Shown: positions 8,750 through 19,217 of the stretch, piece by piece
Layout of the letters: each line of letters opens with the position of its first letter
Numbering within the stretch: the stretch's first letter is position 1
Assembly (NCBI GenBank): GCA_023139255.1
Contig: JAGLNY010000011.1
Span: 1-49,982, forward strand
DNA length: 49,982 nt
DNA from: Spirochaetales bacterium
GTDB taxonomy: Bacteria; Spirochaetota; Spirochaetia; JABMQR01
Reading direction: 5' to 3'
Made by a program: the position numbers and the translations under genes
Notes under the pieces: generated by a model
Told to the model about the DNA's origin: nothing
Database searches by the model: none
Seen by the model: the letters and a program-made list of their open reading frames with translations, nothing else

Positions 8750-10809
8750 AATTTTTTCTGCAAAAAAGTTTAAAAACCAAGCTTATGCTGATCTTCTTTC
8801 TCCTGAGTTTTCTACCCGCTGTACTAGTAGGAGTACTTAGCTTGAGTTATTTCTACCTTCAGGAAAAGAACTCAGCCTTTTCAGCGTTGGAAGGTATTAA
8901 TGCATCGAAAACCCATCAGATTATCAAGTATATGGAAAATACAATGTATAACGCATCCAGTCTTGCAGAGAACCGTAATATCCAGCTGATGAGAAAAGAG
9001 ATTCATACACTCATTGATACGTATTCTTATATATCTGAAAACTTCGAACAGAAACTATCTGGGTTAATGAAAATCTACCGACCAATTATGCATGGGCTTC
9101 ATTCTGCCTCTGGATTTTCGGAATCTTATATTATCTCAAAAGCTAATGGAACATTTATTTTTACTGAAGACAACCCTGGAGAAGAACGTGCGATTGGTAT
9201 GCAGATTTCGGCATCTGATGAAAAACTGTACGAGTGTTGGAATGAGGTCCGCCGAACCGGTCTTCCCATGATTCAAGATTTCAGGGTATATGAAAATACA
9301 GGACATCCGGTAATGCATGTTTGTGTCCCGCTGTATGATGAATCCGGAACCTTTACCGATGTTATGATTCTTGCTCTTCCCAATGAACAAATAGAGCTTA
9401 TAACTTCTTTTGAATTTGGTAGATATAACACGAGAGAATCCTATCTTTTATCATCAGAGAATAGAGTAATAACAAAACCTCTGTATCCTGAAGGAACAAA
9501 GATGTTAGGGACCATCTACTCAAATAAGGCTCTGCAGATTGAGAAAGATCAGAGCACGTTTATTGATATCATTAATGACAATATAGCAGAGAAACGAGTT
9601 GTCCTGGCTGCAAAGATCATTCGCCTTGATGAAATTGGGGAAATACAGGCGAATTTCGACTGGACAATTATTACACAGATGGATCAACTTGAACTATCTG
9701 CTCCTGCAAGGACAAGATCACTAGTACTAATCTTCTTCCTTATTGGTGCTTCAGTTGCTGCTTTAATAATCGGTTATTTTATTGTTAAACAAATTGTTTC
9801 CCCACTTCTGCACTTGAATGATGAAGTCACTCGTCTTTCGCAGGGGCATCTTGACATAAGTATTCACTCTGAAAGGAAAGATGAGATTGGTTCACTCATA
9901 AATAATACCAATCACATGATAACAAGCATTGCTGAAATAGTAAAAGCAATAAGAACAGCGGCTGAGAAAACCAATGAAACAGGCACCTCAATTGCAGTTA
10001 GTGTTGAGCAGCAATCTGCTATTTCAGTTGAACAGGCAGGCTCAATTGCTGAGATCTCAACAACCATGGATGAATTTGCATCCTCTTTTACCCAAGTCTC
10101 TGAGAATACAAAATCAGTTTCCGAGGTGTCTGAAAAAATCTATACTTATGTGAATGACAGTTCAGAGCTTATTAATTCAGTCGCTGAAAAGATTAATGAT
10201 ATTAATGGGGATAATGACCGGAATATTTCAAATATCATGAACCTGAAACAACGGTCTAGAGATATTGCAAAAGTTATGGGTATAATCAATACAATCTCTG
10301 ACCAAACAAAGATTATTGCTTTTAATGCTGCTCTTGAGGCATCCAGTGCGGGAGAATCGGGAAAGCGTTTTGGTGTTGTTGCAGCCGAGATAAGAAAGCT
10401 TACAGAAAGTGTTATTGACTCAACAGCCAACATAGATAAAATTATTAATGAGATCCAGAATCTTGCTGATCAGATGGTAGTGGCTTCTGAGAAGACAACA
10501 AAGAATATTCAGAAGGGGCTCGAAAGCTCAAATGAATCAGTCAACACTATGGAGTTCATTGTAGGGAGTGTCAAATCATCTCATGAAGCCACCCAACAAA
10601 TATCACTCTCCGTTCAACAGCAGCAAACTGCTGCTGCCCAGATACAGATAGGGTTAAAAGAGATATCTTTAGGTGCACAACAGAATAGTGAGGCAATTCA
10701 GGCACTGAACGAGACCGGTACTGATTTTAAGGCTATTGGAAAACAACTGTCCGTGCTTCTAAAGCAATTCAAGCTCTCTTCTGAGAATCAGGGTCAGCTT
10801 GAAGGATAG
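8746..10809 (+). CDS. Methyl-accepting chemotaxis protein with periplasmic Cache-like sensor and HAMP
   Basis: Two TM segments flank a ~290-aa sensor, then HAMP. Conserved signalling hairpin IAFNAALEASSAGESGKRFGVVAAEIRKL. Confidence 0.92.
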   Translation: MKFFLQKSLKTKLMLIFFLLSFLPAVLVGVLSLSYFYLQEKNSAFSALEGINASKTHQIIKYMENTMYNASSLAENRNIQLMRKEIHTLIDTYSYISENFEQKLSGLMKIYRPIMHGLHSASGFSESYIISKANGTFIFTEDNPGEERAIGMQISASDEKLYECWNEVRRTGLPMIQDFRVYENTGHPVMHVCVPLYDESGTFTDVMILALPNEQIELITSFEFGRYNTRESYLLSSENRVITKPLYPEGTKMLGTIYSNKALQIEKDQSTFIDIINDNIAEKRVVLAAKIIRLDEIGEIQANFDWTIITQMDQLELSAPARTRSLVLIFFLIGASVAALIIGYFIVKQIVSPLLHLNDEVTRLSQGHLDISIHSERKDEIGSLINNTNHMITSIAEIVKAIRTAAEKTNETGTSIAVSVEQQSAISVEQAGSIAEISTTMDEFASSFTQVSENTKSVSEVSEKIYTYVNDSSELINSVAEKINDINGDNDRNISNIMNLKQRSRDIAKVMGIINTISDQTKIIAFNAALEASSAGESGKRFGVVAAEIRKLTESVIDSTANIDKIINEIQNLADQMVVASEKTTKNIQKGLESSNESVNTMEFIVGSVKSSHEATQQISLSVQQQQTAAAQIQIGLKEISLGAQQNSEAIQALNETGTDFKAIGKQLSVLLKQFKLSSENQGQLEG

Positions 10810-10834
10810 GTTCATAACGATAACAGGAATATAA

Positions 10835-11878
10835 ATGAAAAAATTAGGGATTTTAGTCGTGGATGACAGTTCCTTAGCTCGAGGATTAATATCAGATATT
10901 GTCTCAAATGAAGATGATATGTATATAGCAGGTGAGGCTGTTAACGGTAAAGAGGCTTGCGGTTTTGCTAAAAAGGTTAAACCTAATCTTATTACTATGG
11001 ATATTACTATGCCTGTTATGAATGGGTTAGAAGCCATTGAAGAAATCATGGCAACAAATCCTGTTCCTATACTGGTTCTGACATCGGTACATGATGCTGA
11101 GATTGCCTACCAGGCAATCGGAAAGGGCGCTCTGGAAGTTTTTTGCAAACCTCAGCTGCATGATGAAGACAAATCGGCTTTTGCGAAAAAAATTCGATTT
11201 CTTGCTAAAGCCAAAGTAATCCGGCATATAAGAACAAACAAAAAAAATGTTCTCAAATCACTTTCTGATACTGCTTCAACTCACAAAGAGGACTCTTCCC
11301 CTATTGTCATCGGGATAGCTTCTTCAATCGGCGGCCCAAAGGCACTTGTCGAGATCCTTAGCAATCTTCCCGGCGATCTGCCCGCCTCAATTATTATAGC
11401 TCAGCATATCGGGAAAGGATTTTCTTCAGGACTTGTCCACTGGCTAAGTGAGTTATCCCCCATGCAGATAAAAACAGCAGCTCATCATGAACACATCATA
11501 CAGGGGACTGTCTATATTGCTCCTGATAATTATCACATAAGTATTGATAAGCAACACTGCATCAATCTGAAAAAGACGCAAAGTAATGATCTCTATACGC
11601 CCTCAGCGAACACACTTCTCACCTCCATTGCGCAGCAATGCAAAGATCAGATTATCGGAATAATTCTATCGGGAATGGGCAATGACGGGGTTGAAGGGAT
11701 GGGTTTAATTAAGAAATCACGCGGAATAACCATTGCTCAGGATCAACAGACCTGTGTTGTCTACGGCATGCCGAAAGAGGCTATCGAAACTGACTGCATC
11801 GATCATGTTTTACCCATAACCCATATTGCAAAAAAAATTATCTCTATAATAAACAGCCAAGCAAAGGGTACAGTATAA
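10835..11878 (+). CDS. cheB: Protein-glutamate methylesterase/glutaminase CheB (REC + esterase)
   Basis: REC (VVDDS, TMDITMP) plus esterase motifs IGIASSIGGP, HI(G), GMGNDG. Confidence 0.93.
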   Translation: MKKLGILVVDDSSLARGLISDIVSNEDDMYIAGEAVNGKEACGFAKKVKPNLITMDITMPVMNGLEAIEEIMATNPVPILVLTSVHDAEIAYQAIGKGALEVFCKPQLHDEDKSAFAKKIRFLAKAKVIRHIRTNKKNVLKSLSDTASTHKEDSSPIVIGIASSIGGPKALVEILSNLPGDLPASIIIAQHIGKGFSSGLVHWLSELSPMQIKTAAHHEHIIQGTVYIAPDNYHISIDKQHCINLKKTQSNDLYTPSANTLLTSIAQQCKDQIIGIILSGMGNDGVEGMGLIKKSRGITIAQDQQTCVVYGMPKEAIETDCIDHVLPITHIAKKIISIINSQAKGTV

Positions 11879-13305
11879 TGGAAGATACTAGATATCCAGG
11901 AATACAGCATCTAATCAAACAGAAAATTGGAGCCTCTTCAGTTAGAATACCCAGTTCTATTTTAGACAGTGCTATCAACGCCATCATGACAAAATGGAAC
12001 TGCTCTTCAGAATCCGACTTTCTCCATCTTATAAAAACGACACCTGATGCTCATAACGACCTTATTCACAATGTAACGATCAATGAAACCTACTTTTTTA
12101 GAGAATCACGAGCATTGGATATCGTTATCAATCTTATCATCCCTGACCTGCTTAAAACTAAAGACCGCATAACAATACTAAGTGCAGGTTGTTCAACAGG
12201 AGCTGAAATCTATTCAATAGTAATGAAAATTGATGCCCAATATAACACTTTGATGCATAATCGTTTTCAATATATTGGTATTGATGTCAATAAACGAGCT
12301 CTGGACATTGCTGCTGCGGGATCCTATACCCGTCATCAATTACGCGGGTTAGCAAAACCATTGATAAATACTTACTTTGATCATGATAAACGAATGGAAT
12401 ACCGTTTAAAACATTCAATTAAATCTCAAGTATCTTTTAAAAAAATAAATCTGGTAGACACTAGTCAAGTATCTGCACTCTCGCCTTGTGACATCATTTT
12501 CTACAGAAATGTCTCAATCTATTTTGATACAGACCAGCGTATTGCAGTTTTCAGAAGTCTCGCCGATCTTCTTCATCCTGAAGGCACACTATTTACCAGT
12601 TCAGCAGAGACTATTCCCCATGATTTGGGAATACTATCATTAAAAAACTACCAAGGTGTGTTCGTGTTTAAGAAGGATTCGGCTTCACCAACACCCCCTG
12701 TCAATTTTACCAAACGATATAGCTATGGATTAAAACCGGGAGCTAAACGTGTTTCATCGAAAAAATCACGAAAGGATATTCCTGTTGTAAAAAAAAATAA
12801 TAAAGTTACTATAAAACAGGCGTTGGAATTTGCACGAACAGGTTCTTTTTCAAAGGCAATTAAACTACTTGATATTATTGAATCATCATCCGGGATAACA
12901 TATGAATCAAAGACCCTGCGCGCAGGTATCTATTTTGATCAGAATAATATAGATACAGCTGAATCATTATGTAATCAGCTTATCACCGAGGATCCCATGA
13001 AAGTCGAACCGCATGTAATAAAAGCAATGATAGAACGCCTTCAAGGGAAATATGACAATGCTCTATCCTCTTTGAAGTCGGCTGTTTTTATTGATTCAAT
13101 GTGTTGGATTGCGCTCTATTATTCCGCAGAAATACTCAAGGAACAACAGGAAAAAAGCTTGGCTGTTCGTACATATAGACGTGTTATTGCGAGTCTGAAA
13201 GATCCGGTAATACATGATTACCTACTGATCGTCTCTGTCACTGAACAGACAGTAAAACAGATTATCAGGTTATGTACCTATAGTATTCAGCAATTGGCAG
13301 GCTGA
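11878..13305 (+). CDS. cheR: Chemotaxis methyltransferase CheR with C-terminal TPR-like extension (WspC-like)
   Basis: NETYFFRE, SAGCSTGAEIYS, FYRNVSIYF. About 170 aa of helical repeat tail. TAATG overlap with cheB. Confidence 0.9.
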   Translation: MEDTRYPGIQHLIKQKIGASSVRIPSSILDSAINAIMTKWNCSSESDFLHLIKTTPDAHNDLIHNVTINETYFFRESRALDIVINLIIPDLLKTKDRITILSAGCSTGAEIYSIVMKIDAQYNTLMHNRFQYIGIDVNKRALDIAAAGSYTRHQLRGLAKPLINTYFDHDKRMEYRLKHSIKSQVSFKKINLVDTSQVSALSPCDIIFYRNVSIYFDTDQRIAVFRSLADLLHPEGTLFTSSAETIPHDLGILSLKNYQGVFVFKKDSASPTPPVNFTKRYSYGLKPGAKRVSSKKSRKDIPVVKKNNKVTIKQALEFARTGSFSKAIKLLDIIESSSGITYESKTLRAGIYFDQNNIDTAESLCNQLITEDPMKVEPHVIKAMIERLQGKYDNALSSLKSAVFIDSMCWIALYYSAEILKEQQEKSLAVRTYRRVIASLKDPVIHDYLLIVSVTEQTVKQIIRLCTYSIQQLAG

Positions 13306-13340
13306 CATTACAGCTCTATTTTTTATAAGAAGGAGAGATT

Positions 13341-15215
13341 GTGGCATCCGATACAAAGAAATTTCTCGTTAGGTTCATTGAAGAGGCTAGAAAGCATATT
13401 TCTCAAATCTCATCCGGATTGTTATCTCTAGAGACACAACCAGATGACAAAGAACTTATTAATACTATATTCCGGTGTGTCCATACCATCAAAGGTTCTT
13501 CTAATATGATGAATCTCCAGACAATCTCGAATTTTACTCATGAGGTTGAAAATAATTTAAGTGCAATCAGGGATGGTTCTATTGTGATTGATACTGAGCA
13601 AATTAACCTGCTGCTCAAAGCAACAGATCAGTTGTCAAATATGATAGATATGGCTGAAAATCAACAGAAGCCGGCACCCCCGGATAAGGCACTTCTTGAG
13701 CAGATTAAAAAGAAACGAAAATCAGATGATCAATCTGCTGCCGAACTACAAGTAATGAAGCAAAGCCTGGAAACTGAAACAGTAATCCCCGAACAGAGAA
13801 AAAGAGAACGAATTTCACACGAAGCATTCTTAATCAGGACTGAGAAACTTGATGATTTGATAAAGCTTGTTTCGGAAATTTCCCTCTGGAATCAATCACT
13901 TGCAAAACAACTTCAGCAGATAGCCGCAGCAATCAGGATATCCGAACAATTGTATGAAGCAGACCGGGATAGTGCTTATGATCGGATTCATGATCTATTA
14001 TCTCAACTAAAGAGTTCTACTGATTCTTTATCAACTTTTCTCTTTCATGATGCCCCAACGATTGATCACCTTAATATCGAACTCCGTGATGCCCTTTTTA
14101 ATTTACGGTTAGTTCCTATTAATATGATTTTTGAGAAATTCCCTCGTATAGTACGGGAACTGGCAGCAAAATTTGGTAAAGAGGTTGATTTTTCCATAAC
14201 TGGTGAAAATACTGAACTTGATAAAAAGATAGTCGAGATGATTGATGAATCCCTGATACAGATTATTCGCAACGCAATAGACCATGGTATTGAATCAATT
14301 GATGTAAGAAAAAAGAGAGGAAAACCAGCAAATGGACACATACATCTGAAAGCAAGCTATGAGCACGGAATGTGCCAGATTACCATTGCTGATGATGGTG
14401 CCGGGATTCAAACAGCCAAACTCCTGGATAAGGCCGTACAGAAAAATCTTATAACAGAAGCTGATGCTGAGCGGATCAAGCGAAACCCTACTCCGGATGC
14501 TATAGCCGATCTTGTTTTCACTCCCGGTCTTTCAGCAAGTGACATTATCACAGATCTATCAGGCCGTGGTGTTGGAATGGATATTGTGCGGGAAAATATC
14601 ATACATAAACTCAACGGTTCATTGCAGATAGAAACACATAAGGATAGAGGAACAACGTTCACAATCATACTGCCAATCAATACTGCAATTCTCGATGCAA
14701 CCCGGTTAAGAATTGGAAGTACTGAAATTGCCATCCCTACACACACTCTAAATGAAATCGTTAGGTTAGATGCTGCTGAGTTGATTGAAGTTGTCGGCAG
14801 GCCCGCAATCCGCCTCCGGGAACAGATCATTCCTGTTGTTAGATTGGAGAAGATTTTGCAGCAAAATAAGGAGACCCGGGATACAGCCTTTCCATTCTTT
14901 TTAATCATAAAAACAGCAACAGGACTGGCAGCAATTATTGCAGATGATATTATTGCACAAGGCAGTTTTATGATTCATTCACTTCCTCAGCATATACAAC
15001 AGACACCCTGGGTCTCCGGTTGTATCATCACCGGCACAAACTCAATCATCAACCTGCTAAACACAAGACAATTGATGGAATACTCACAACATAGCCACCA
15101 GAATATAGCCCATACCAGTAACACTGAGGAACAATCCATTCCGACAATTGTTGTTGTTGATGATTCAACCAGCACCCGCGATATTGAAAAGAGTATTCTT
15201 GAATCACATGGATAA
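13341..15215 (+). CDS. cheA: CheA histidine kinase (Hpt-dimerisation-HATPase-CheW-like) with the first strand/helix of a C-terminal receiver; ends at a premature in-frame TAA
   Basis: GTG start after AAGGAGAG. Hpt HTIKGSS, N box IRNAIDHG, G boxes DDGAGI/GRGVGMD, P5 domain. Then IVVVDDSTSTRDIEKSILESHG followed by TAA at 15213-15215. Confidence 0.92.
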   Translation: MASDTKKFLVRFIEEARKHISQISSGLLSLETQPDDKELINTIFRCVHTIKGSSNMMNLQTISNFTHEVENNLSAIRDGSIVIDTEQINLLLKATDQLSNMIDMAENQQKPAPPDKALLEQIKKKRKSDDQSAAELQVMKQSLETETVIPEQRKRERISHEAFLIRTEKLDDLIKLVSEISLWNQSLAKQLQQIAAAIRISEQLYEADRDSAYDRIHDLLSQLKSSTDSLSTFLFHDAPTIDHLNIELRDALFNLRLVPINMIFEKFPRIVRELAAKFGKEVDFSITGENTELDKKIVEMIDESLIQIIRNAIDHGIESIDVRKKRGKPANGHIHLKASYEHGMCQITIADDGAGIQTAKLLDKAVQKNLITEADAERIKRNPTPDAIADLVFTPGLSASDIITDLSGRGVGMDIVRENIIHKLNGSLQIETHKDRGTTFTIILPINTAILDATRLRIGSTEIAIPTHTLNEIVRLDAAELIEVVGRPAIRLREQIIPVVRLEKILQQNKETRDTAFPFFLIIKTATGLAAIIADDIIAQGSFMIHSLPQHIQQTPWVSGCIITGTNSIINLLNTRQLMEYSQHSHQNIAHTSNTEEQSIPTIVVVDDSTSTRDIEKSILESHG

Positions 15216-15503
15216 CAGGTAGAAATAGCTTCTGATGGCGAAGAAGCGTTCGGGATGGTACAGGATTATCAATATGATCTCATCATCACAGATATAGAAA
15301 TGCCCCATTTGAACGGGATAACGCTGGTAAAAATGCTGCGAAAAAATAAATCCTATCGTCATACTCCTATTATTATAGTCTCATCAAGGGAGAGTGAAGA
15401 GGATAAGATACGCGGGGTACAAGCCGGGGCAGATGCATATATTGTCAAATCATCATTCGATCAGGATAATTTAATCGAGACAATTAAAACCTTGATCGGA
15501 TAA
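15216..15503 (+). pseudogene. Remainder of the CheA-fused receiver domain, same frame, cut off by the TAA
   Basis: The frame continues QVEIASDGEEAFGMVQDYQYDLIITDIEMPHLNG..IIVSS..AGADAYIVK (phospho-Asp, T/S and K motifs). No SD or independent start before the domain core. Confidence 0.8.
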
Positions 15504-15533
15504 TAAATGATCTGAAGCAAAAAGGAAACGATC

Positions 15534-16484
15534 GTGGTTAACAAGAGAGAAATAGCGGTACTAGTGGTTGATGACGACAGGTTTGTCAGAGAAATGATTA
15601 GCGAAATCCTGATTGATCAGGGGGTCTCTGTATTTCAAGCTGAAAATGGTAGAAATGCTCTCGTTATATTCAGTAAGCATGAGAAGATAGATATTATTGT
15701 TACTGATATACATATGCCGGAACTTGATGGGCTTGGCCTTGTTGATGCAATTAGAGAGACTGACAAAGATACTCCAATCATTATTCTCACCGTCAACTCT
15801 GATATTGAGACAGCAGTTGAAGCCATTAGAAAAGGTGCTGATGATTATATACTTAAAGGTTCTGCTATAGGAGATACTCTTCCATTATCAGTTGCAAAAG
15901 TACTGGAAATTTATGATTTAAAGATACAGAACCGGGAGCTGCTTCAGGATCTGTCTGCGAAAAATGCTGAACTGGAAAAACTCGCATTCCTTGATGGGCT
16001 TACCGGCATTTTTAATCGTCGTTATTACGATCTTACTTTAATCACAAAATGGGGATCAGCTATACGGGAAAAGTCTCCGATATCCATGATCATAACAGAT
16101 GTTGATTATTTCAAGCAGTTGAATGATGTATTGGGTCATCATTATGGGGATCTTTGCTTAAAACGAATAGCAAAGACATTATATTCGTTACTCATACAAT
16201 CAAATGCTATACTTGTACGGTATGGGGGGGATGAATTTATCGCTATCCTGCAGGGAAAAGCTCCTGAAGCTACAAGAGAGATTGCAGAGAAAATGCGTAC
16301 CCTGATAGAACAAGAAAAGATCGTTGATCCTGAAACTGGTCAAATAAAACAGTTTACCATGAGCTTTGGGGTGTATGGACTTGTTCCAGACGCGAATTCT
16401 GATCCGGAAATATTGTTTGAAAATGCAGATAAAGCTTTATATGAAGCTAAAAAACAGGGAAGAAATCGTGTTAATGTTGGCTAA
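15534..16484 (+). CDS. Response regulator-diguanylate cyclase (REC-GGDEF, WspR-like)
   Basis: VVDDD..TDIHMPELDG..K REC, coiled linker, RYGGDEF active site. The position of the RxxD I-site reads QSNA, so the I-site is absent. Confidence 0.92.
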   Translation: MVNKREIAVLVVDDDRFVREMISEILIDQGVSVFQAENGRNALVIFSKHEKIDIIVTDIHMPELDGLGLVDAIRETDKDTPIIILTVNSDIETAVEAIRKGADDYILKGSAIGDTLPLSVAKVLEIYDLKIQNRELLQDLSAKNAELEKLAFLDGLTGIFNRRYYDLTLITKWGSAIREKSPISMIITDVDYFKQLNDVLGHHYGDLCLKRIAKTLYSLLIQSNAILVRYGGDEFIAILQGKAPEATREIAEKMRTLIEQEKIVDPETGQIKQFTMSFGVYGLVPDANSDPEILFENADKALYEAKKQGRNRVNVG

Positions 16485-16491
16485 ACGTCTA

Positions 16492-17844
16492 CTATCTCAG
16501 ATGAGTTTGTACATTCTCAAGATGTTCATTATAGGTTATAGCAAAATGAATTTGCGCTGAACCATCATGCAAATAGTAATAATAGGGAGAATTTTCCGGA
16601 TAGGCTGCCGCCTGAAGGGCGTCAAACCCCGGATTTGAAATCCCGGTGGGAGGGAGACCTCTCCGTCGTCGTGTATTGTACGGAGTGGGGTTTTCAAGGA
16701 CATCCTTACTCAGTGGGTTAGACCAGTCATTCAGTTCATAACGGGTGGTAGCATCTATACCAAGCGGAATGCCTTCATCAAGCCGTTTCCAAATGATTCC
16801 GGCAATAATAGGCATCTCTTCTGTTTCCCCAGTCTCCCGTTGAATCATTGAAGCCACAATTACCATATCGAACAGCGCCCTGCCCTGTAAAGAGAGTTCC
16901 TCTTCCATAGGTCCCGTAATCAACTTAAACCGCTCATACATTTGTGCTGCAAGCACACCGGCAGCAGCATCAACCTGGTTTAATATATATTCGTCGGGAT
17001 AATAAAATCCTTCAGCAAAAGGAAGATTCTTTTCACGGGCAATCAGATTGGTTTCCTGAATAAAATCTCCCTCCTGAGATAGCCCATACGTAGTCAGCAG
17101 TGAATCAATCTGCTCCAGGGTAGACCCCGGATATATATAGATAATCGGATGGTTCCAATATCCTCTTGCAAGTGCTTCTGCAGCATTCGCAACGGTCATC
17201 CCGGTGGGAAGGAAGATCGGACCCGAACGTATTTTTGTATCTATCCCGTTCGAAACAAGATAACTTTGCAGTCTGGCAGCACTTGAGACGACACCTGCCT
17301 GATCCAGCAATTTGCATATATTTTCTGCTCTCATACCGCTGCGGATAAAGATACGCACTTCATTATCAAACGGGGTCTCGGTATCTAAAAGGGGAACAGG
17401 AAGCCCTGTCGCAGAATAGGCAATCTCATCTTCGAAAGACTCACCCTGATTAAGCACCAATAGAGTAATTACTACTGCAACAACTATCAGAGCCAGCGAT
17501 ATTATCCCGAATTTAATCCGTTCACGTCTCTGTTTCAGTTTCCTTGCAGAGATTTTTACTTTTTTTCTCACCTGAGGTATCTTTACCGAAGGTCTCTTTA
17601 CTGCCGGTTTTTTCCTGGCCTGTATTTTTACTGTTTTCTTAGGTTTATCCTGATTGGCGAAAATCATTGCTTCTTCAGCAGCTTTTCTGGCAAGAATTTT
17701 AGTCGCCCTGGAAGACGGCTCCAGTGGAGTACCACGATTATCCTGCATATCACCTGTCTCATCAAACAGCTCTTTTTGGGCTGGTGCTGCTTTCACGGGT
17801 TTTTTCTTTCGATTTGTATTATTGTTCTCAGATGATGTGCTCAT
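16492..17844 (-). CDS. mltG: Endolytic murein transglycosylase MltG (YceG-like) with long basic N-terminal tail
   Basis: ASMIQRETG and RRRGLPPTGISNPG motifs. Single TM after a ~110-aa Lys/Arg-rich region. Confidence 0.88.
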   Translation of the reverse strand: MSTSSENNNTNRKKKPVKAAPAQKELFDETGDMQDNRGTPLEPSSRATKILARKAAEEAMIFANQDKPKKTVKIQARKKPAVKRPSVKIPQVRKKVKISARKLKQRRERIKFGIISLALIVVAVVITLLVLNQGESFEDEIAYSATGLPVPLLDTETPFDNEVRIFIRSGMRAENICKLLDQAGVVSSAARLQSYLVSNGIDTKIRSGPIFLPTGMTVANAAEALARGYWNHPIIYIYPGSTLEQIDSLLTTYGLSQEGDFIQETNLIAREKNLPFAEGFYYPDEYILNQVDAAAGVLAAQMYERFKLITGPMEEELSLQGRALFDMVIVASMIQRETGETEEMPIIAGIIWKRLDEGIPLGIDATTRYELNDWSNPLSKDVLENPTPYNTRRRRGLPPTGISNPGFDALQAAAYPENSPYYYYLHDGSAQIHFAITYNEHLENVQTHLR

Positions 17845-17893
17845 AGATATCTGCTGTACCAGGCATACGCCACATGAGTCATGTATGACTGGA

Positions 17894-19030
17894 TCATAAC
17901 CTCAGCTCGGTTTCCTTTCCTGCAATTTTCTTTAGATTCACAATTTGTTTTCTATTCTGGGAAACTTTTTCCTTAATCTCCTGAATTTGTTTCGTCAACA
18001 TCGTGATTTGACCATTAATATGCTCAACCTGATCCTGGTCATTATTAATTATGGATTCCAGCTCAGTAATACGAATTTTAGCTTCCAACCGGGTTATTTT
18101 ATTATTAAGTTCTTTTTGCTTTCTTTCAAGTTTGTGAATATGCTGAAGATTATTCGCAGCTTCATGGACTTCTTCAACCTTGGCAAGTTCCTCAGGATGA
18201 TCCAGCATAAAATGGGCTAAATCAATATATAATACCTGAAGATTGGAGTAGTAGAGGTTTCGATTAGCCTGCAGCTCCCCGATTTTATTATCGATACTCC
18301 CGGTTACTCCCAATCGAAGAAGGAACTCCTCATTCTTTTGGCCCTCATTCTTTCGATTCTCCATTTGCTCATACAATCTTGCACTCTCGATACTAATCCT
18401 TTTAAAATCTTCTGAAATAATTATTGCATTCCGGCTTTTAACCTGCTTTATATAATCGGAAGAACTTATCTGCTTTCCTGATTTCCTGAAAAGATCCTCT
18501 CGTGCAGAATCAAGTTTCTGGATCTCATTTTTCAATTTATTACGCTTAATTCGTAGGGACATCTTCTCAAAAAAGGGTGCAGCAACGAACCGAAGCTCAT
18601 TTTCCTTAAGTGCCTTCTGAAATTTAGTTAATTCTGTGTTTTGATGAGTTACAGAAGTAAACAGCAGGGAAAATTCCTCTCCCAGAGAACCTGCAGAGTA
18701 CTCTTCATAAGCAATAACACCTATTCGACTATACAGTGAATTTTTTTCCATATCTATTGAGGATAGACGCTGCTCTATAGTGGTGATCTCTTCCTTGGCT
18801 GCCTGACTTTTTTCCTGAGCCTGCTGGATCCCGGAAATTTTCATATCAAGCGCATCGACATCTTCCTCACTAGCCTTAATCCGGGTCTGCATCTCTTTTG
18901 CTTCAATAAATTTCGGGGTAGCAAATTTCGCAAGGACTTTACCCAATTGCTCAAACTGCACCTCTAATTCAGAGAGAATCCCTGATATCTCTTTTCTATA
19001 TTCAGTTATTTGTGCATTATTTTGTTCCAT
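17894..19030 (-). CDS. Coiled-coil protein of unknown function
   Basis: About 378 aa, heptad-rich, E/K/Q-rich. ATG at 19030 is preceded by GGAGTG; the ORF track extends to 19054. Confidence 0.6.
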   Translation of the reverse strand: MEQNNAQITEYRKEISGILSELEVQFEQLGKVLAKFATPKFIEAKEMQTRIKASEEDVDALDMKISGIQQAQEKSQAAKEEITTIEQRLSSIDMEKNSLYSRIGVIAYEEYSAGSLGEEFSLLFTSVTHQNTELTKFQKALKENELRFVAAPFFEKMSLRIKRNKLKNEIQKLDSAREDLFRKSGKQISSSDYIKQVKSRNAIIISEDFKRISIESARLYEQMENRKNEGQKNEEFLLRLGVTGSIDNKIGELQANRNLYYSNLQVLYIDLAHFMLDHPEELAKVEEVHEAANNLQHIHKLERKQKELNNKITRLEAKIRITELESIINNDQDQVEHINGQITMLTKQIQEIKEKVSQNRKQIVNLKKIAGKETELRL

Positions 19031-19161
19031 GCGCACTCCTTCCGCATACCTCACTAAATATATATAGACCCATTAAGCAGCTAAGCAATTAGCAACCCGA
19101 TAGACACCTGGAGCCAGGGACAGACCTACAATTATTAGCATATTATCATAGAACACGTTCC

Positions 19162-19190
19162 TTGACAAAGCCAAAGAGTGCTTATATTCT
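19162..19190 (+). promoter_or_regulatory. Sigma70-like promoter
   Basis: TTGACA (19162-19167), 17-nt spacer, TATTCT (19185-19190), 28 nt upstream of the GTG at 19218. Confidence 0.5.
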
Positions 19191-19217
19191 AATAAAAAAC
19201 TAACGTGGTGAAAGAGA

